A stretch of DNA of 64,000 bases, taken from the NCBI GenBank assembly GCA_000002435.2, contig CM018793.1, one strand, 5' to 3'. Below the pieces are notes generated by a model. It was given only the letters and a program-made list of their open reading frames with translations. It was not told where the DNA came from and did not search any database. The DNA comes from Giardia intestinalis (taxonomy: Eukaryota). Below, in pieces: positions 43,347 to 54,500 of this stretch (the stretch's first letter is position 1; the number at the start of each line of letters is the position of its first letter). The position numbers and the translations under genes were made by a program.

Positions 43347-44048
43347 ATGTCTCAGCCTATGAATGCAAACCTGATGGATGTTGTGCAGAAGTTCAAGACC
43401 TACGAAGAGTACTTGGACTCTCATATTAAGAGTGATGCATTGTTCTTTTTGGAGAGCCAGGAAATCGCGCGGGCCATAGTCGAGACTTCCTCGCTTCGTA
43501 ATGAGATACTCAAGCGAGACGAGTTTGAGGCGGCGAAAAAGGAAATTTCAACCACAAAGCTCAAGGGGACGTCTTTCATGAATAGTCAGCTCGCATCAAC
43601 GGGCCTCAATCTTAGCGAATATCCATTTCTCTTTGCACTTGCTCAAAGGGAGGAACAAGTTAGAGATGGGCGACTTGCTTGTATCATTTTCATTCGAGAC
43701 AGAAATCACTCGGGGCAAGAAATTTCGGGATACATAGATTACGCTCATCGATTGAAGACAGACAACTTTGTAGCATACTTCACGCGAGCAAAGAAGCTTC
43801 TCCCTCGATCTACAGACCTCAGTTTTTACAATTGGGATACGCAGTTTGTGTCCTCACTGGCAAGTAACACATTTGAGATTATCGCCGACAACGAAGAGGG
43901 CTTCTTGTTCAAGTGTAAAAGAGATAGAAAGGTAATAAATGTCAATCCTACGGCCGTCAATGACGACAAAACCGTACGCCACGTCATCGACACCCACGAA
44001 TACATGCACGTAGTCATATACGATCACATACTCCGCAGGAAAATTTGA
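43347..44048 (+). CDS. Hypothetical protein, possibly a CFAP299/C4orf22-like (DUF4464) flagellar protein
   Basis: The N-terminal FKTYEEYLDSHIKSDALFFLESQEIARAIVE resembles the conserved start of the CFAP299 family. This is recalled from memory and was not searched. Confidence 0.35.
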   Translation: MSQPMNANLMDVVQKFKTYEEYLDSHIKSDALFFLESQEIARAIVETSSLRNEILKRDEFEAAKKEISTTKLKGTSFMNSQLASTGLNLSEYPFLFALAQREEQVRDGRLACIIFIRDRNHSGQEISGYIDYAHRLKTDNFVAYFTRAKKLLPRSTDLSFYNWDTQFVSSLASNTFEIIADNEEGFLFKCKRDRKVINVNPTAVNDDKTVRHVIDTHEYMHVVIYDHILRRKI

Positions 44049-44084
44049 CACAGAGGTGCTGAGTAAGCAACCGGCGCAGAGCGT

Positions 44085-44657
44085 TTACATGAATATGAAC
44101 TCAGTATCCCTCTCCGTTAGAGCCTTGTAGACCGCTGAATATGTTTTGGTACGCTCGCTAACCTCGTTGTATACAGCCTTCGGGAGCACAACCTGGAGCC
44201 TCGGGTTAGAGCCCGCAGGGTAAAGGGTGCGCTTTCCAATGACATGGATCGGGTAGCAGATGTCGTCCAGGATGCAGTTGTAAACAGATGTCATGGTACG
44301 CGACCTCGGACGCCTTATGCTCTTCTTACCGGTGAATACGTACGCATTCTTCATTATCGTTCTGTTAGCCACTATAATGAAGCGGTGTCCCGAGTGGTTC
44401 TTCTCTAACTTAAGGATGAGAGCCTCCGAGTTTTTCTGGAAGCTCTGCAGCATAGGATAGGGGACATAGACCACCGCAGCCTTCTTGTCTCCGTCGACTG
44501 CTATCTCTTTGACAGAGCTAATATACAGGGTCCCCAGGCCCATCTCCCTCAAATCTGGATCGTCCTCCAATTTCAAGAGAGTACCGGCCACCTGCTTCTC
44601 AAGCTCAGATAGCTTCTCGAAGGGCTTCCTGATCTTGCGCTGCGCGGGGAAGGTCAT
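44085..44657 (-). CDS. RPS7: 40S ribosomal protein S7e
   Basis: KKAAVVYVPYPMLQSFQK, RRPRSRTMTSVYNCILDDICYP..VIGKR and the C-terminal ..KALTERDTEFIFM align with eukaryotic S7e. The track start is a TTG at 44690, and the first ATG is at 44655-44657. An upstream in-frame extension cannot be excluded. Confidence 0.85.
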   Translation of the reverse strand: MTFPAQRKIRKPFEKLSELEKQVAGTLLKLEDDPDLREMGLGTLYISSVKEIAVDGDKKAAVVYVPYPMLQSFQKNSEALILKLEKNHSGHRFIIVANRTIMKNAYVFTGKKSIRRPRSRTMTSVYNCILDDICYPIHVIGKRTLYPAGSNPRLQVVLPKAVYNEVSERTKTYSAVYKALTERDTEFIFM

Positions 44658-44826
44658 CGAGGGAATTGATCTGGTTAAATGAAAATTCAAATTAAAATTA
44701 TTTGTGGAAACTGGCTAGGTCACCATTCACTTTTCATTGCTAATTTTCACTGCTTCGTTTAGTTAATAATTCAACTCCTTGCGACATATCCTCTTGCAAG
44801 TCGGCTGAAAACCAACTTCAAAAAGG
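44658..44826. promoter_or_regulatory. AT-rich bidirectional promoter region between RPS7 (-) and the dynein IC2 gene (+)
   Basis: About 170 bp that is strongly A/T-rich (gaaaattcaaattaaaattatttg ...aaccaacttcaaaaaggATG). Confidence 0.4.
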
Positions 44827-46710
44827 ATGGAGATCACCTACGTGTACACCAAGCTCCGCAAGGATTTCGGGCGCTACGTTTCCTACAAGCGCGTCGATGC
44901 TGAAGTTCTCCTGGATTATACCCCAAACGCAGACGACACCAAGGATCTGTGGACTGAGGAGCAGTACGCTGAAAAGGCCGTCCAATCTGGTGAAGATTTT
45001 TCTGAGCACACCGTCAATACCCACAGGATAACAGTTGACACACGCGGAGTTCAACACAAGCAAGGCGGCTGGCCCAGGGAGATAGACCCAACAGATGCAG
45101 AGCACACCACGCGCTACCGCAAAAAGGTGGAACGTGACCCTGGCTATGCAGTCTCGATTAAAGCGTGTGTGGATAAGCTCGAGGATGCAACCCTTTTGAA
45201 CAATGCTATGGACTTGACAGAAAGATACTTCAGTGATACTGCGGAGAGCTCTCTTCTTTTGCACGCGCAGCCACCCACAGTGAAAGTCATTTCCATATTC
45301 AGGGATCCAGCCAGCATTAAGCGCACTGCTCGCCGAGTACTTTGGGCTCCTGAGACATCTAAGCTCCCTAAGAAATTCGTCACCGCATTTTGCAACATGA
45401 CTTACCAGTACGACATCAATCTCAACCGGGCGCTAGCAAAAACGAGCTCCCTAGCCGACACCGAGCTTTACCGGGACCCGACAGAAACAGGTCTGACTAT
45501 CACAGGAGGAGAGCCCAACATAATTGGTTCATTCAACTTGCAGAACTCATCGTCGTACATCTACGATGTTAATAATAGCAACGCGCCTGACTTCGAGCTC
45601 ATAGCACCAAATAGTAGCAGTAATGCAGCTATCACGTCTCTCCGGTACTCTACCAAAGACGCAAACATCCTCTTCGCTGGGTTATACAACGGCCAGGTGG
45701 GCTTTTATGATTGTAGGAAGTCGCACCACATCGTCGATACATCACCGGTGGAAATTAGCCACAAGGACTCTGTCTATGATCTATATGTTGTCAAGAGCAA
45801 GTCTAGCACAGAGTTTGCGTCCATATCAACGGACGGAAGGGTGCTCTGGTGGGATGCCCGTAACTTCAGCAAGTATACGCAGGAGCCTGTGGAGCTATTC
45901 ATTACAAGTGACGATGGGTTTTCGGGTGAGAAGTCCAAGTCCAGACCAGACACGAAAAACTCTACGGGCAGAAGCGCAGGAGAAGCAGAATTCTTGATAG
46001 GCGGGACGTGCTTAAACATAGACCCTGTTGCCGGCCTTTCCAAATTCCTTGTGGGGTCTGAAGCCGGGCACATAATTCACTGTAATAGAAAGAACAAGCC
46101 TTCGGAACGTGTAACTCAGGTTCTGATTGGCCACAATGGGCCCGTCCACTGTATCAACCGATCTCCATTCTTTGGCAAGTTCTTTATCAGCTGTGCAGAC
46201 TGGTCGTGCAAGATATGGGCAGATGATATAAGGACCCCCATCCTTACGACGGCGTACTCGCCTGGTTCGGTAAATGCATGTTGCTTCAGCAACACACGCC
46301 CGGGAGTCTTCGCAACTGCCCGCTCAGATGGTTATTTAGATATCTATGATCTCTTCTACAAGGTCGACACCCCTACTTTATCTTGTAACGTCGGCAACGC
46401 GAGCCTTTGCTCCTTGGAGATTGATCCTACAGGTGAGTTCCTGCTTCTGGGGGCTAATGATGGTGCAGTTAACTTGCTACAGATGTCCTCTGGACTGCAC
46501 ACCTCGACAAATATGGTCTTAGAAAAACAGTTTATTCAGAACCTTTTCGAGCGAGAGTCCAAGCGCGAGAAGGCGCTGGAGCAGAGGACTAAAGAGATGA
46601 AGCTGAAGAGCGCGGACAATGCACCAAAGGGCCCGAGAGACATTGACATTGTGATTGACCCCGATCTCTTGGCAAACATTGAAGACGAGTATGGCAACTT
46701 TACATTTTAA
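44827..46710 (+). CDS. DNAI2: Axonemal outer-arm dynein intermediate chain 2 (IC2/IC69/DNAI2), WD40
   Basis: The N-terminus MEITYVYTKLRKDFGR...HKQGGWPREIDPTDAEHTTRYRKKVERDPGY matches Chlamydomonas IC2 ([45 protein letters not shown]). WD repeats follow. An AGTAAAT lies 67 nt after the stop. Confidence 0.85.
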   Translation: MEITYVYTKLRKDFGRYVSYKRVDAEVLLDYTPNADDTKDLWTEEQYAEKAVQSGEDFSEHTVNTHRITVDTRGVQHKQGGWPREIDPTDAEHTTRYRKKVERDPGYAVSIKACVDKLEDATLLNNAMDLTERYFSDTAESSLLLHAQPPTVKVISIFRDPASIKRTARRVLWAPETSKLPKKFVTAFCNMTYQYDINLNRALAKTSSLADTELYRDPTETGLTITGGEPNIIGSFNLQNSSSYIYDVNNSNAPDFELIAPNSSSNAAITSLRYSTKDANILFAGLYNGQVGFYDCRKSHHIVDTSPVEISHKDSVYDLYVVKSKSSTEFASISTDGRVLWWDARNFSKYTQEPVELFITSDDGFSGEKSKSRPDTKNSTGRSAGEAEFLIGGTCLNIDPVAGLSKFLVGSEAGHIIHCNRKNKPSERVTQVLIGHNGPVHCINRSPFFGKFFISCADWSCKIWADDIRTPILTTAYSPGSVNACCFSNTRPGVFATARSDGYLDIYDLFYKVDTPTLSCNVGNASLCSLEIDPTGEFLLLGANDGAVNLLQMSSGLHTSTNMVLEKQFIQNLFERESKREKALEQRTKEMKLKSADNAPKGPRDIDIVIDPDLLANIEDEYGNFTF

Positions 46711-46786
46711 CTATCCAGCACACTCTGCAGGCAAACGTGTCACGTTGACCTGGCGCTTTGGCTGTTTGAGGCGGGCTAGTAAATAA

Positions 46787-49051
46787 ATGCACTTGTGCAG
46801 TTGGGAACGCCATGCAGAGCTCCATCCTTATTCTTGGTATTTTGAGGCACCACAGGATGTCCTCGATGGCTATGGGCTTCAGCATGGTAATATTGTTCGT
46901 ATCTTGCTTGATGGTACGTGCTACATGTGCATAACCTATAGACGGGATAGGCCGAAGGTTACAATAGGCGGATGCATTACTCTGTTAGAGGACCCCGTAG
47001 TAGACAACCTTCATGAGTCCAATGGGCAGACCTCTGAAATTAATGTGGAAAAACTTTCCTCTGGTCTTATCTTTAAGTCGGAGTTAGACTCCATAACAAT
47101 CTGTCTTCCATCGGCATTTCGCCACACAGCAATAAAGAAAGAAGCCATCAGTATCATTAAAACGGTGATGCATGGAGCTCCGTATCTTCACAACACTTGG
47201 ATGGGTATCTGCCTCGTCATGGTTAAAATGAGGATAAGAGTAACTCACACGGAAGAAAGTACTCAGACTGAACTAGATGGTAATCACACAACAAATGTTA
47301 GACTTCCTCCCGTATCAGAATCTCAATGTTCGTGGATAGGGTGTACAGCTATTAGAGACAGGCTTAGCTATTGCCTATCGTCCCCCTCTGTTTCTCATTT
47401 TCTTATCTCTGGCCCCAGAGGAAGTGGAAAAATGACACTACTTAAAACCTGTTTACACAGATTGGAAAAGTTTAACAGCCTCATAGTGTCCGCCAATGAT
47501 CTTCTTGAAGGGAAGAATCTGTGGAAGGAGTATACCAGCGATAGCATTCTATCACCTGATAGCTCTACGACCTCTAATCGCATCCTGTCTCAAGTCACGG
47601 AAGGATGTATCCGCGATTTCTTTTCTAGCTATAACGACTTTCTCCGTATCTTAGCTGTGTCATGTCATGAGCAAGTGGACTTTTCGTTGCTCTCCAAAAA
47701 GTGGGAGGCGACACAAGGACGAGCCAATCTATCTTCATCGTTAATTAATATAATAGTTAGAGCCGATGCCTACGACTTTCTCATCTTTAGGGAATTCGAC
47801 TCAGTATTTGTCCAGCGGTCTGACTTGGCATCCCCAGAGCAACGTCAACTAACTAGTACTCTTTTGATGCTATTAGACGGGGGGACAAAACGTTCTGTCG
47901 GTGCACAAGGCCGGTGCAAGTATATTGGAATAGTCACCGATCTGGCCACTGTAGATGCAGCACTAAGGAGGCCTGGACGCTTTGAAGAGGCAGTCACCCT
48001 CACAAATCCAACATTTGAAATGCGAAGCCAGTTCTTGCAGAAGGTCTTTGCAGACCGTGGCAACACCTTAGATAGCTCAGTAGTAGAATCGTTGACGAAG
48101 GCTACGGCAAGTATGCCACTAGGCGACATCAAAGAGCTGCTCACTATGTGTGGTGCTGGTGATCAGGTGCACCTAGTTAAAGCCGTGCAGCAGCACGTAC
48201 AGGAGTTTAGAGGACGAAACACTCTAGAATTGTCAGGTGAACTATCGTCTTGTAGGGTTCCTGATCCCAGCCCCTTCGAGCCCTTTGAGGTAGTCTCTGT
48301 ACATGAGGATGTCTTGAGCAAATTAACTGACATCATACTAATGCCTGTATTGTACAAGGACTTATTCTGGAAACTGATGAGGAGCAGATCTTCCGGTAAT
48401 ATCTTGTGCATGGGGTGTGCAGGCTCAGGTAAGACATTTTTAATTCGTAGATTGATTAGGCAACTTTCAGGCCGTATAAACTTTTTTGAACTCAATTGTG
48501 CACAGGTGTTTTCGCTATACGTTGGGCATACGGAGAAGAACATTAGAAAAGCATTTCAAGAGGCCCGGAGCAACATGCCGTCGGTTCTCATTTTGGACAA
48601 CTATGACTCTTTGGCTGGAAATCGTGATTCAGGGGATACCTCTGGTGACTCCGTGGCGTCTAGAGTGTTAGCTACCTTGCTGGTGGAATTGGATGGGCTC
48701 TCGACGGGAAGCTTCGGCCAGGTTACTGTCCTCGCTATAACGAGCCGTCCAGACTGTATTGACCGGGCTTTAATTAGGCCTGGTAGAGCTGACCACAAGA
48801 TACTCATAGGACATCTTCCTAAAGAAACTATCATGGAAGAAAAGATGTGGACGGAGATTGAAAGGCTTTACAATCTAACATTCGCAGATGTGAGTGCAAT
48901 AAAGGAATGCATAAGAAACGGCTATGACCGCGGACTCTGTATCACCGTTGGATCTATTATTAGAAAGAGCCGGCTCCTGGCTTCTAAGGCTGTCTCCCTG
49001 GAGCAGGCACTAGACGACCTAACTAAAGCTATGGTTGTGGCAGACTCATAA
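46787..49051 (+). CDS. AAA+ ATPase with two ATPase domains (type-II AAA; Cdc48/AFG2-SPATA5/Pex1-6-like, divergent)
   Basis: D1 Walker A is SGPRGSGKMTLL. D2 Walker A is CMGCAGSGKTFLIRRL. Walker B ILDNYD, second region of homology and an arginine-finger region are present (VLILDNYDSL...ELDGLS..VTVLAITSRPDCIDRALIRPGRADHKI). Confidence 0.7.
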   Translation: MHLCSWERHAELHPYSWYFEAPQDVLDGYGLQHGNIVRILLDGTCYMCITYRRDRPKVTIGGCITLLEDPVVDNLHESNGQTSEINVEKLSSGLIFKSELDSITICLPSAFRHTAIKKEAISIIKTVMHGAPYLHNTWMGICLVMVKMRIRVTHTEESTQTELDGNHTTNVRLPPVSESQCSWIGCTAIRDRLSYCLSSPSVSHFLISGPRGSGKMTLLKTCLHRLEKFNSLIVSANDLLEGKNLWKEYTSDSILSPDSSTTSNRILSQVTEGCIRDFFSSYNDFLRILAVSCHEQVDFSLLSKKWEATQGRANLSSSLINIIVRADAYDFLIFREFDSVFVQRSDLASPEQRQLTSTLLMLLDGGTKRSVGAQGRCKYIGIVTDLATVDAALRRPGRFEEAVTLTNPTFEMRSQFLQKVFADRGNTLDSSVVESLTKATASMPLGDIKELLTMCGAGDQVHLVKAVQQHVQEFRGRNTLELSGELSSCRVPDPSPFEPFEVVSVHEDVLSKLTDIILMPVLYKDLFWKLMRSRSSGNILCMGCAGSGKTFLIRRLIRQLSGRINFFELNCAQVFSLYVGHTEKNIRKAFQEARSNMPSVLILDNYDSLAGNRDSGDTSGDSVASRVLATLLVELDGLSTGSFGQVTVLAITSRPDCIDRALIRPGRADHKILIGHLPKETIMEEKMWTEIERLYNLTFADVSAIKECIRNGYDRGLCITVGSIIRKSRLLASKAVSLEQALDDLTKAMVVADS

Positions 49052-49136
49052 CAATTTCGGTGTCCTTGCAGATGCCCTGGTTGCTATTGAATATTGGACA
49101 CTTGGCATCGGGAAAGAGCTGAATCAAAAATCCAGG

Positions 49137-49646
49137 ATGGACGGCTTTCAACTCAATGATTTGGCTGCGATGCTAAATGAGTCCATGGAATTGGCAGAGA
49201 AAAGTGGAGCACATGGCACTCGGGTTGCTGATTCTAGTGAGATGAGGGCTGTCCAGGGCTCTTCGAAGCAGGTGGTAGGCACAGCCCCAACCTCAACACC
49301 CGCCGCTCCCATGATCGAGGACACATTTGGGAAGGGCTTCAAAGCGCCAGAGTATTCTTTTGCATACAAGCAACGAGTAGAGGCAGCAGAGGTGTATGGA
49401 GGATTTAGTGGCCAAACGCCGTCAAATGCAGATAGCCAATACCTGGTTGTTCGCTTTGCTCTTCCAGGAGAGGATGGGAAGGATGTAGACCTCGATGTGA
49501 CCGAGACAACGCTGACCCTATATGCCAAGCATCATCGTCTGCACCTTACTCTACCTCACCCTATTGATCCTAAGAGCGTTAAAGCGTCATTTACTAATCA
49601 AACTCTAAGAGTGACACTTCAACGCATAGACGTACTTTCTTTATGA
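49137..49646 (+). CDS. Small CS (p23/HSP20-like) domain protein, possibly a PIH1/Kintoun-family dynein-assembly co-chaperone
   Basis: The C-terminal YLVVRFALPGEDGKDVDLDVTETTLTLYAKHHRLHLTLPHPIDPKSVKASFTNQTLRVTLQRI has the beta-sandwich pattern of CS domains. The track start is a TTG at 49035 that overlaps the AAA gene. The first ATG is at 49137 and follows gaatcaaaaatccagg. Confidence 0.4.
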   Translation: MDGFQLNDLAAMLNESMELAEKSGAHGTRVADSSEMRAVQGSSKQVVGTAPTSTPAAPMIEDTFGKGFKAPEYSFAYKQRVEAAEVYGGFSGQTPSNADSQYLVVRFALPGEDGKDVDLDVTETTLTLYAKHHRLHLTLPHPIDPKSVKASFTNQTLRVTLQRIDVLSL

Positions 49647-49864
49647 ATGAAGACGAGGCTGTGTGTGGCCATACGGTATCTCACCCATAGAGTGTGCCGT
49701 AAGGCATTCGACAGTCTACCTATTGTTGTAGCTTACTCAGTGGGCACTCTTGTTTTTTCCTCGTGCTTTATGAGCTTCTTTAGCTTTTATTCCCCTTGGT
49801 TGAACACTTCTGCTGTTCCTTTAATTAAAATTCAACTGGTCCTCAAGGTTTAGCACAGAGAGTG

Positions 49865-50779
49865 ATGTCTCGGCCCCGCTCAATTTCCATGAAACACGGC
49901 AGTGTGACCAAGCGCCTTGCGGGTTCGCGCTTCCGGGTGCTTAATGAAGCGTTCTACACAGAGTCCTCCTTGCAAACACAGGAGCGACTCCGCATGAACC
50001 CAGCTGAGTTCGTGGATTATCATAAGGGATATCAAGAACAAGTGAGCAAGTGGGAAGTAAATCCCATTGCACTCTTTATCGATTTACTAGAGCGCGTTCT
50101 AGCTGGGGATGCGGAGGGTGGAGATGGGTCTGCAGCTACAGTAGGGACTCCATCCGCGAACTCAGCAGGAATCGGCTTATTAGATGCAGAGCTTGTTCAG
50201 AATCTTCAAGACCTTGACGTACGACATTCCGCCAAGCCTTCTAAAGCTAACAAGCACCAAATTTTTCCCTCGTTTACTGGCCTCACTCGGGACGATATTA
50301 AGACGATAGGTGACATGGGTTGTGGTAAAGCTGCTCTAGCTCAGGCTATAGTTCCTAAGTACTCTCCTGGTGTTGCTGTCCATAGCTTCGATCTTGTAGC
50401 ACTCAACTCATTCGTTACCGTGGCGAACATTCGTGCACTGCCGTTGGAGCCACATAGACTTGACCTAGCAATATATTGCCTCAGTCTTATGGGCTCCGAT
50501 TATGTCTCCTTTATCAAAGAAGCGTTCAGAGTGGTGAGGCCCGGCGGTGAGTTGTGGCTTGCTGAGGTCAATAGTCGTATTACAAATACAAAGCACTTGA
50601 TAGAACTGTTCTCTGCTTGCAGTTTTCGCAAGATAAAGGTGATCCCATTTACTCACTTCACGCTGATTAGCTTCAGGCGCCTTGAAGATCTCGAAGAGGG
50701 CCACCCGAGTGAGAAGAAACGTGCAGATATCACGAAGTACGAAAAGTGTCTTACTCCTTGTACATATAAGAAGAGATAG
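49865..50779 (+). CDS. RRP8: Ribosomal RNA-processing protein 8 (Rrp8), SAM-dependent rRNA m1A methyltransferase
   Basis: FRVLNEAFYT..F..YHKGYQEQVSKW, DMGCGKAALA (SAM motif I), IYCLSLMGSDY, RVVRPGGELWLAEVNSR and the ending CTYKKR (human ..CLYKRR) align with Rrp8. The track start is a GTG at 49862, and the first ATG is at 49865. Confidence 0.85.
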   Translation: MSRPRSISMKHGSVTKRLAGSRFRVLNEAFYTESSLQTQERLRMNPAEFVDYHKGYQEQVSKWEVNPIALFIDLLERVLAGDAEGGDGSAATVGTPSANSAGIGLLDAELVQNLQDLDVRHSAKPSKANKHQIFPSFTGLTRDDIKTIGDMGCGKAALAQAIVPKYSPGVAVHSFDLVALNSFVTVANIRALPLEPHRLDLAIYCLSLMGSDYVSFIKEAFRVVRPGGELWLAEVNSRITNTKHLIELFSACSFRKIKVIPFTHFTLISFRRLEDLEEGHPSEKKRADITKYEKCLTPCTYKKR

Positions 50780-50821
50780 CTTTTCGCAATCTAGAGAGTT
50801 TGCCAGTAAAATTTGGGGTTT

Positions 50822-51496
50822 ATGTCCGTTACATATGAGGACGTTATTTTTCGACTGAAGGCACTTCCGCAGGTGAGCAAGATCGAGTACCAGGCACGAG
50901 GCCCAGCGACCCAAACAGATTTTGAGAATTGGACCAAGAGAAACGATATAGACCTTCCGCCGGACCTTGTTTCTTTTTACCGGCAAAGGAATGGATTGGA
51001 CACATGCTGGCACTTTGGAACTGAGGAAAAAATCGCAGGACGCTTTTTACTGAATCAGGTGCAGGACATACGGGTAGTCCGCATTCGTCATAAGAATAAT
51101 AACATCCCTCTTGGTATTCTTTCCCATGACAGCTTCGGTACGGTCTTCATTTCCCTATCAAATTCACTTGAGCGGGGGTCGGTCTGGTTCTTGCCAGGAT
51201 CTTACAGTGTATCTGTAGATATCACTATCAACGATCTCTATACACTATGCGAGTCGTTCTCCTCGTACTATAGGCTGATGTCTCTCCATTTGGGGATCAT
51301 ATGCTGGCAATATGCGTTTGTGCCACGCATTGGCCTCCCTATTTTCACTAGACTGCTCATGGCTAGATTCTGCCCAGACAGGCTGTCCATTGATCTTGCG
51401 CTTGCGCACCAACTAAACACAGATGCCTCTACTACTATAGCTTCTGAGTGTGGTCAACTAAGGTTCGGGGCCGGGATACTAGCGTCAATTAGCTAA
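50822..51496 (+). CDS. Hypothetical protein (LPPDLVSFYRQRNGL segment, possibly an SMI1/KNR4-like fold)
   Basis: The track ORF starts at a TTG at 50813, and the first ATG is at 50822. No firm family assignment. Confidence 0.4.
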   Translation: MSVTYEDVIFRLKALPQVSKIEYQARGPATQTDFENWTKRNDIDLPPDLVSFYRQRNGLDTCWHFGTEEKIAGRFLLNQVQDIRVVRIRHKNNNIPLGILSHDSFGTVFISLSNSLERGSVWFLPGSYSVSVDITINDLYTLCESFSSYYRLMSLHLGIICWQYAFVPRIGLPIFTRLLMARFCPDRLSIDLALAHQLNTDASTTIASECGQLRFGAGILASIS

Positions 51497-51541
51497 TCTT
51501 TTATACCCAGCCCGACATATACTTCTATCTCTTAAAGACAC

Positions 51542-54500
51542 CTACTCTGTACTGAGCGTGTCGCCTAGCATCTCGCCTATTGTGTAGTCTCCAATATTGA
51601 CCTCCATGCTATCGTTTATTTCAGCGCGCTGGGTCATCAAAGCAGCTATGGTGATGTTAGTGGGTACTTGTGTGTTGAGTTGTATCCGCTTCGAGTGCTT
51701 GAGGCTATTAAGGACAGCCTGCCTAATTTGCTTGGTGCTGTTAAAAGGTATACTCTTTAGCTCTGCAGTGAGCTCGGGTACTATATGTTCGTTTCCAGAG
51801 TAGAATATGCCTATTGGCAGCTGATCTTCAGCTAATTGGATGGATCTCCCAGCCAGTACGCAAAAGCAAGAAAGGTATGAGTCATACTGACTATACTGTA
51901 AGATAAATGCAAAAGAGAAAGTGGCGATCTTGTGTAGCAGCTCATCAGGTGCCTTATTAGTGCAGGCTAAGATAGGGGTGATAGGTGGTGTTGCAGGACC
52001 GTCTAGACCCGAGTTGGCCACACCATCAGAACGTACGCTTTCTCCAGACGATGAGCACTGGTTTGGCTGTCCCAATCCAGTTGGTGGCCATGACGATATG
52101 TAGTCAAAGATTTTGCATATGAGAATTGCTATTTGTGCTGCGTATTTTGCATCATTGCTAAAGGATACTAGCAAACTAAAGAGAAGACCCAATGAGTAGT
52201 CCACAAACTGCTGATTCGTTGATAGCACGGCTTGGATCCGTTCATTGATGTCTCCATCTTGAAGAAAAAGCTTTACACATATGTCCATCACTGCTCTATT
52301 GCATAGGTTTAAAATGTTTCTAGCAAGAACTTCTTTCTTTTCTCGAAGGTCCTCCCACAACATGCTTTCCGCGGTGCGAGAAAGAACACACGTCTCGCGA
52401 GTCTTAGGAAGGAGAGCACTCAACGCTTTGTGTTCATCCTTGGTAAGCGCAGTGTAAATAGAATGCACGTCATAGTATTGCACGCTTACTATCTTTGAGA
52501 GAATGAGGATGACTTGAACATCACAAAGTCGGGGGACAACGAGCAAGATAAGCCGCAGAATGTAGATAGGGATAGTGTCGTAGTCCAGCTGGAGCAGATA
52601 TTGAAGGAAGTCATTCTGGTTCAGGGAAATGCACTGCAAGCTACTGATTAAGCAGCGCTCGAGCCAGCTGTGGGCGTGCTCAATGTCTGTTGCTGTCGCA
52701 TCATGATTCTCAAGATCAACCTTTGCCACCCCACCAGAAATGGTCCCCCCTAGGAGAACGCGTTGGTTGGAAAGCTGCTGCTCAAAGTATTTAGGTGTTG
52801 CGGATAAAAAGCCTTTGGATGCAATTACCAATAGCATACGTGTGATGTCCTTCAACCTGTCTATAAGATCGCTTTGACTCGAGGTTGTTCCAGATGCGTC
52901 ATGAACGCGATTAAGCACTTCCTTGGCTTGCTGTATCGCGAACATAATCTTCCTGCGGAGTAATAAGCTTGGTAGCGGCGTGGGTGTCGTTAGAGAAACA
53001 GGGTTCGAGACGGAAACATTGTCTAGCCCAAAGTAACTAATAAAGGCTTCAGGAGAGAAGAGAATCGCTGTAATCTCTTGACTGAAGAGGACACTGCGTG
53101 ATTGCTGAAGTGCGTCAGTGACTATACGCTGGAACCCTTCACTATCGTTATGTGCAAGCATTGTACACGCAACTATCTGATTCAGAAGCACATGCTCATA
53201 TGCAGTTACCTGATTCTGCTGTTGAAGAAGCGTAACATGGCCTACAAAGGCAGCAAACACGTCAGGTGATGAGATGATGTACTCCTTAAGGAGATATCTA
53301 TTGCCTGCTAGAATCTTGGCCCGGTCTGCCGCCAGACGTCTGATTGCCAACGTGTCCTGGCTCAGCCTAGAATAAAGCTCTTCTCCAGATATATCTGTTT
53401 CCCCGAGAACTTGAGACTTAAAAGCAATCATCTGCACATACAGCTGAAAGATAGGTTGCAGAAGGGGTGCTATGTACTCTGCCAATAGTCCTTTAACTGA
53501 TGTACCGGATTCATTCTCTGAAGAGTCCTTTACCGATTCTGCCGATGGAGGGTTCTGTCCTTGGGCTTGCTTTCTCTTACCCTTGAAAGGCTTTACTACC
53601 ACATCTCCAGTGGCGCTAGATATACTGTGCATAAAGTCTCTATAAAAGTTTTCCAATATAGCCATTAGTCTATAATAGATAATAGGGTGGATAGGTCGAT
53701 AGGAAAGAAGAACGTGAGCAACACCAAGGACGTCACCTGGTTTCAACACATCTTTGTATGTATTAGTGAATAGCAAGTGCCTAAGCACAGAGTACACCGA
53801 TGCATCGACTATCGCTATGACGGAGTCCATCGCATTGTATTGTTCAGTGTGACGTGTAAATTGTTGTGCTTGTTCCATGGTCATATTGTTCTCAAAACTG
53901 GCCAAAGATGTCAGAAACTGGCCGAGATGCTGAGTCAGCGTAGTGAGGGTGATGTGGGGGTAGAAAATTGCCAGCTTACCGACTAAGGACATGCAATTTC
54001 CCTTGAAGGCAGCAAACCACGTGAGCCAGAACGAGGTGTTAGAATCTATTGAATCCTGTGCCAGGTACTCTTCAGACTCTGTTAGAGTATCTCCTTCGGT
54101 CACAGATAGCAGGCTTCGAAGATTATGCCTATTGACGTAGAAGCAGACACGCTCGATTAGGTACATAGTTAGAGATGTAGGTATCTCATATACCCGAAGG
54201 GAAAGGTCGTTAAAGATGTTAATCAAAGAGGGTAGTAGTAGATCGAAAATAAAGTGGGAGGGATGCTGGGCAAAGACGCAGAAGATGTTGTTGAGTGCAG
54301 AAACTATGAAATCTTTATTGGGACGGAGGGTGTTGCTGTGAGCGGTGTAGATAGTGGTGAAACACATGGTGACGGCCTTCAACTGATTGTAATTAAAGCA
54401 GGAATAGAACCTAGGACCATTAGTAATCAAGTAGAGGAGAGGAGGACCTAGATACGGAAGAGCAGACGGGTTATTCTTCGGCAATTTTATGGTTAACAAA

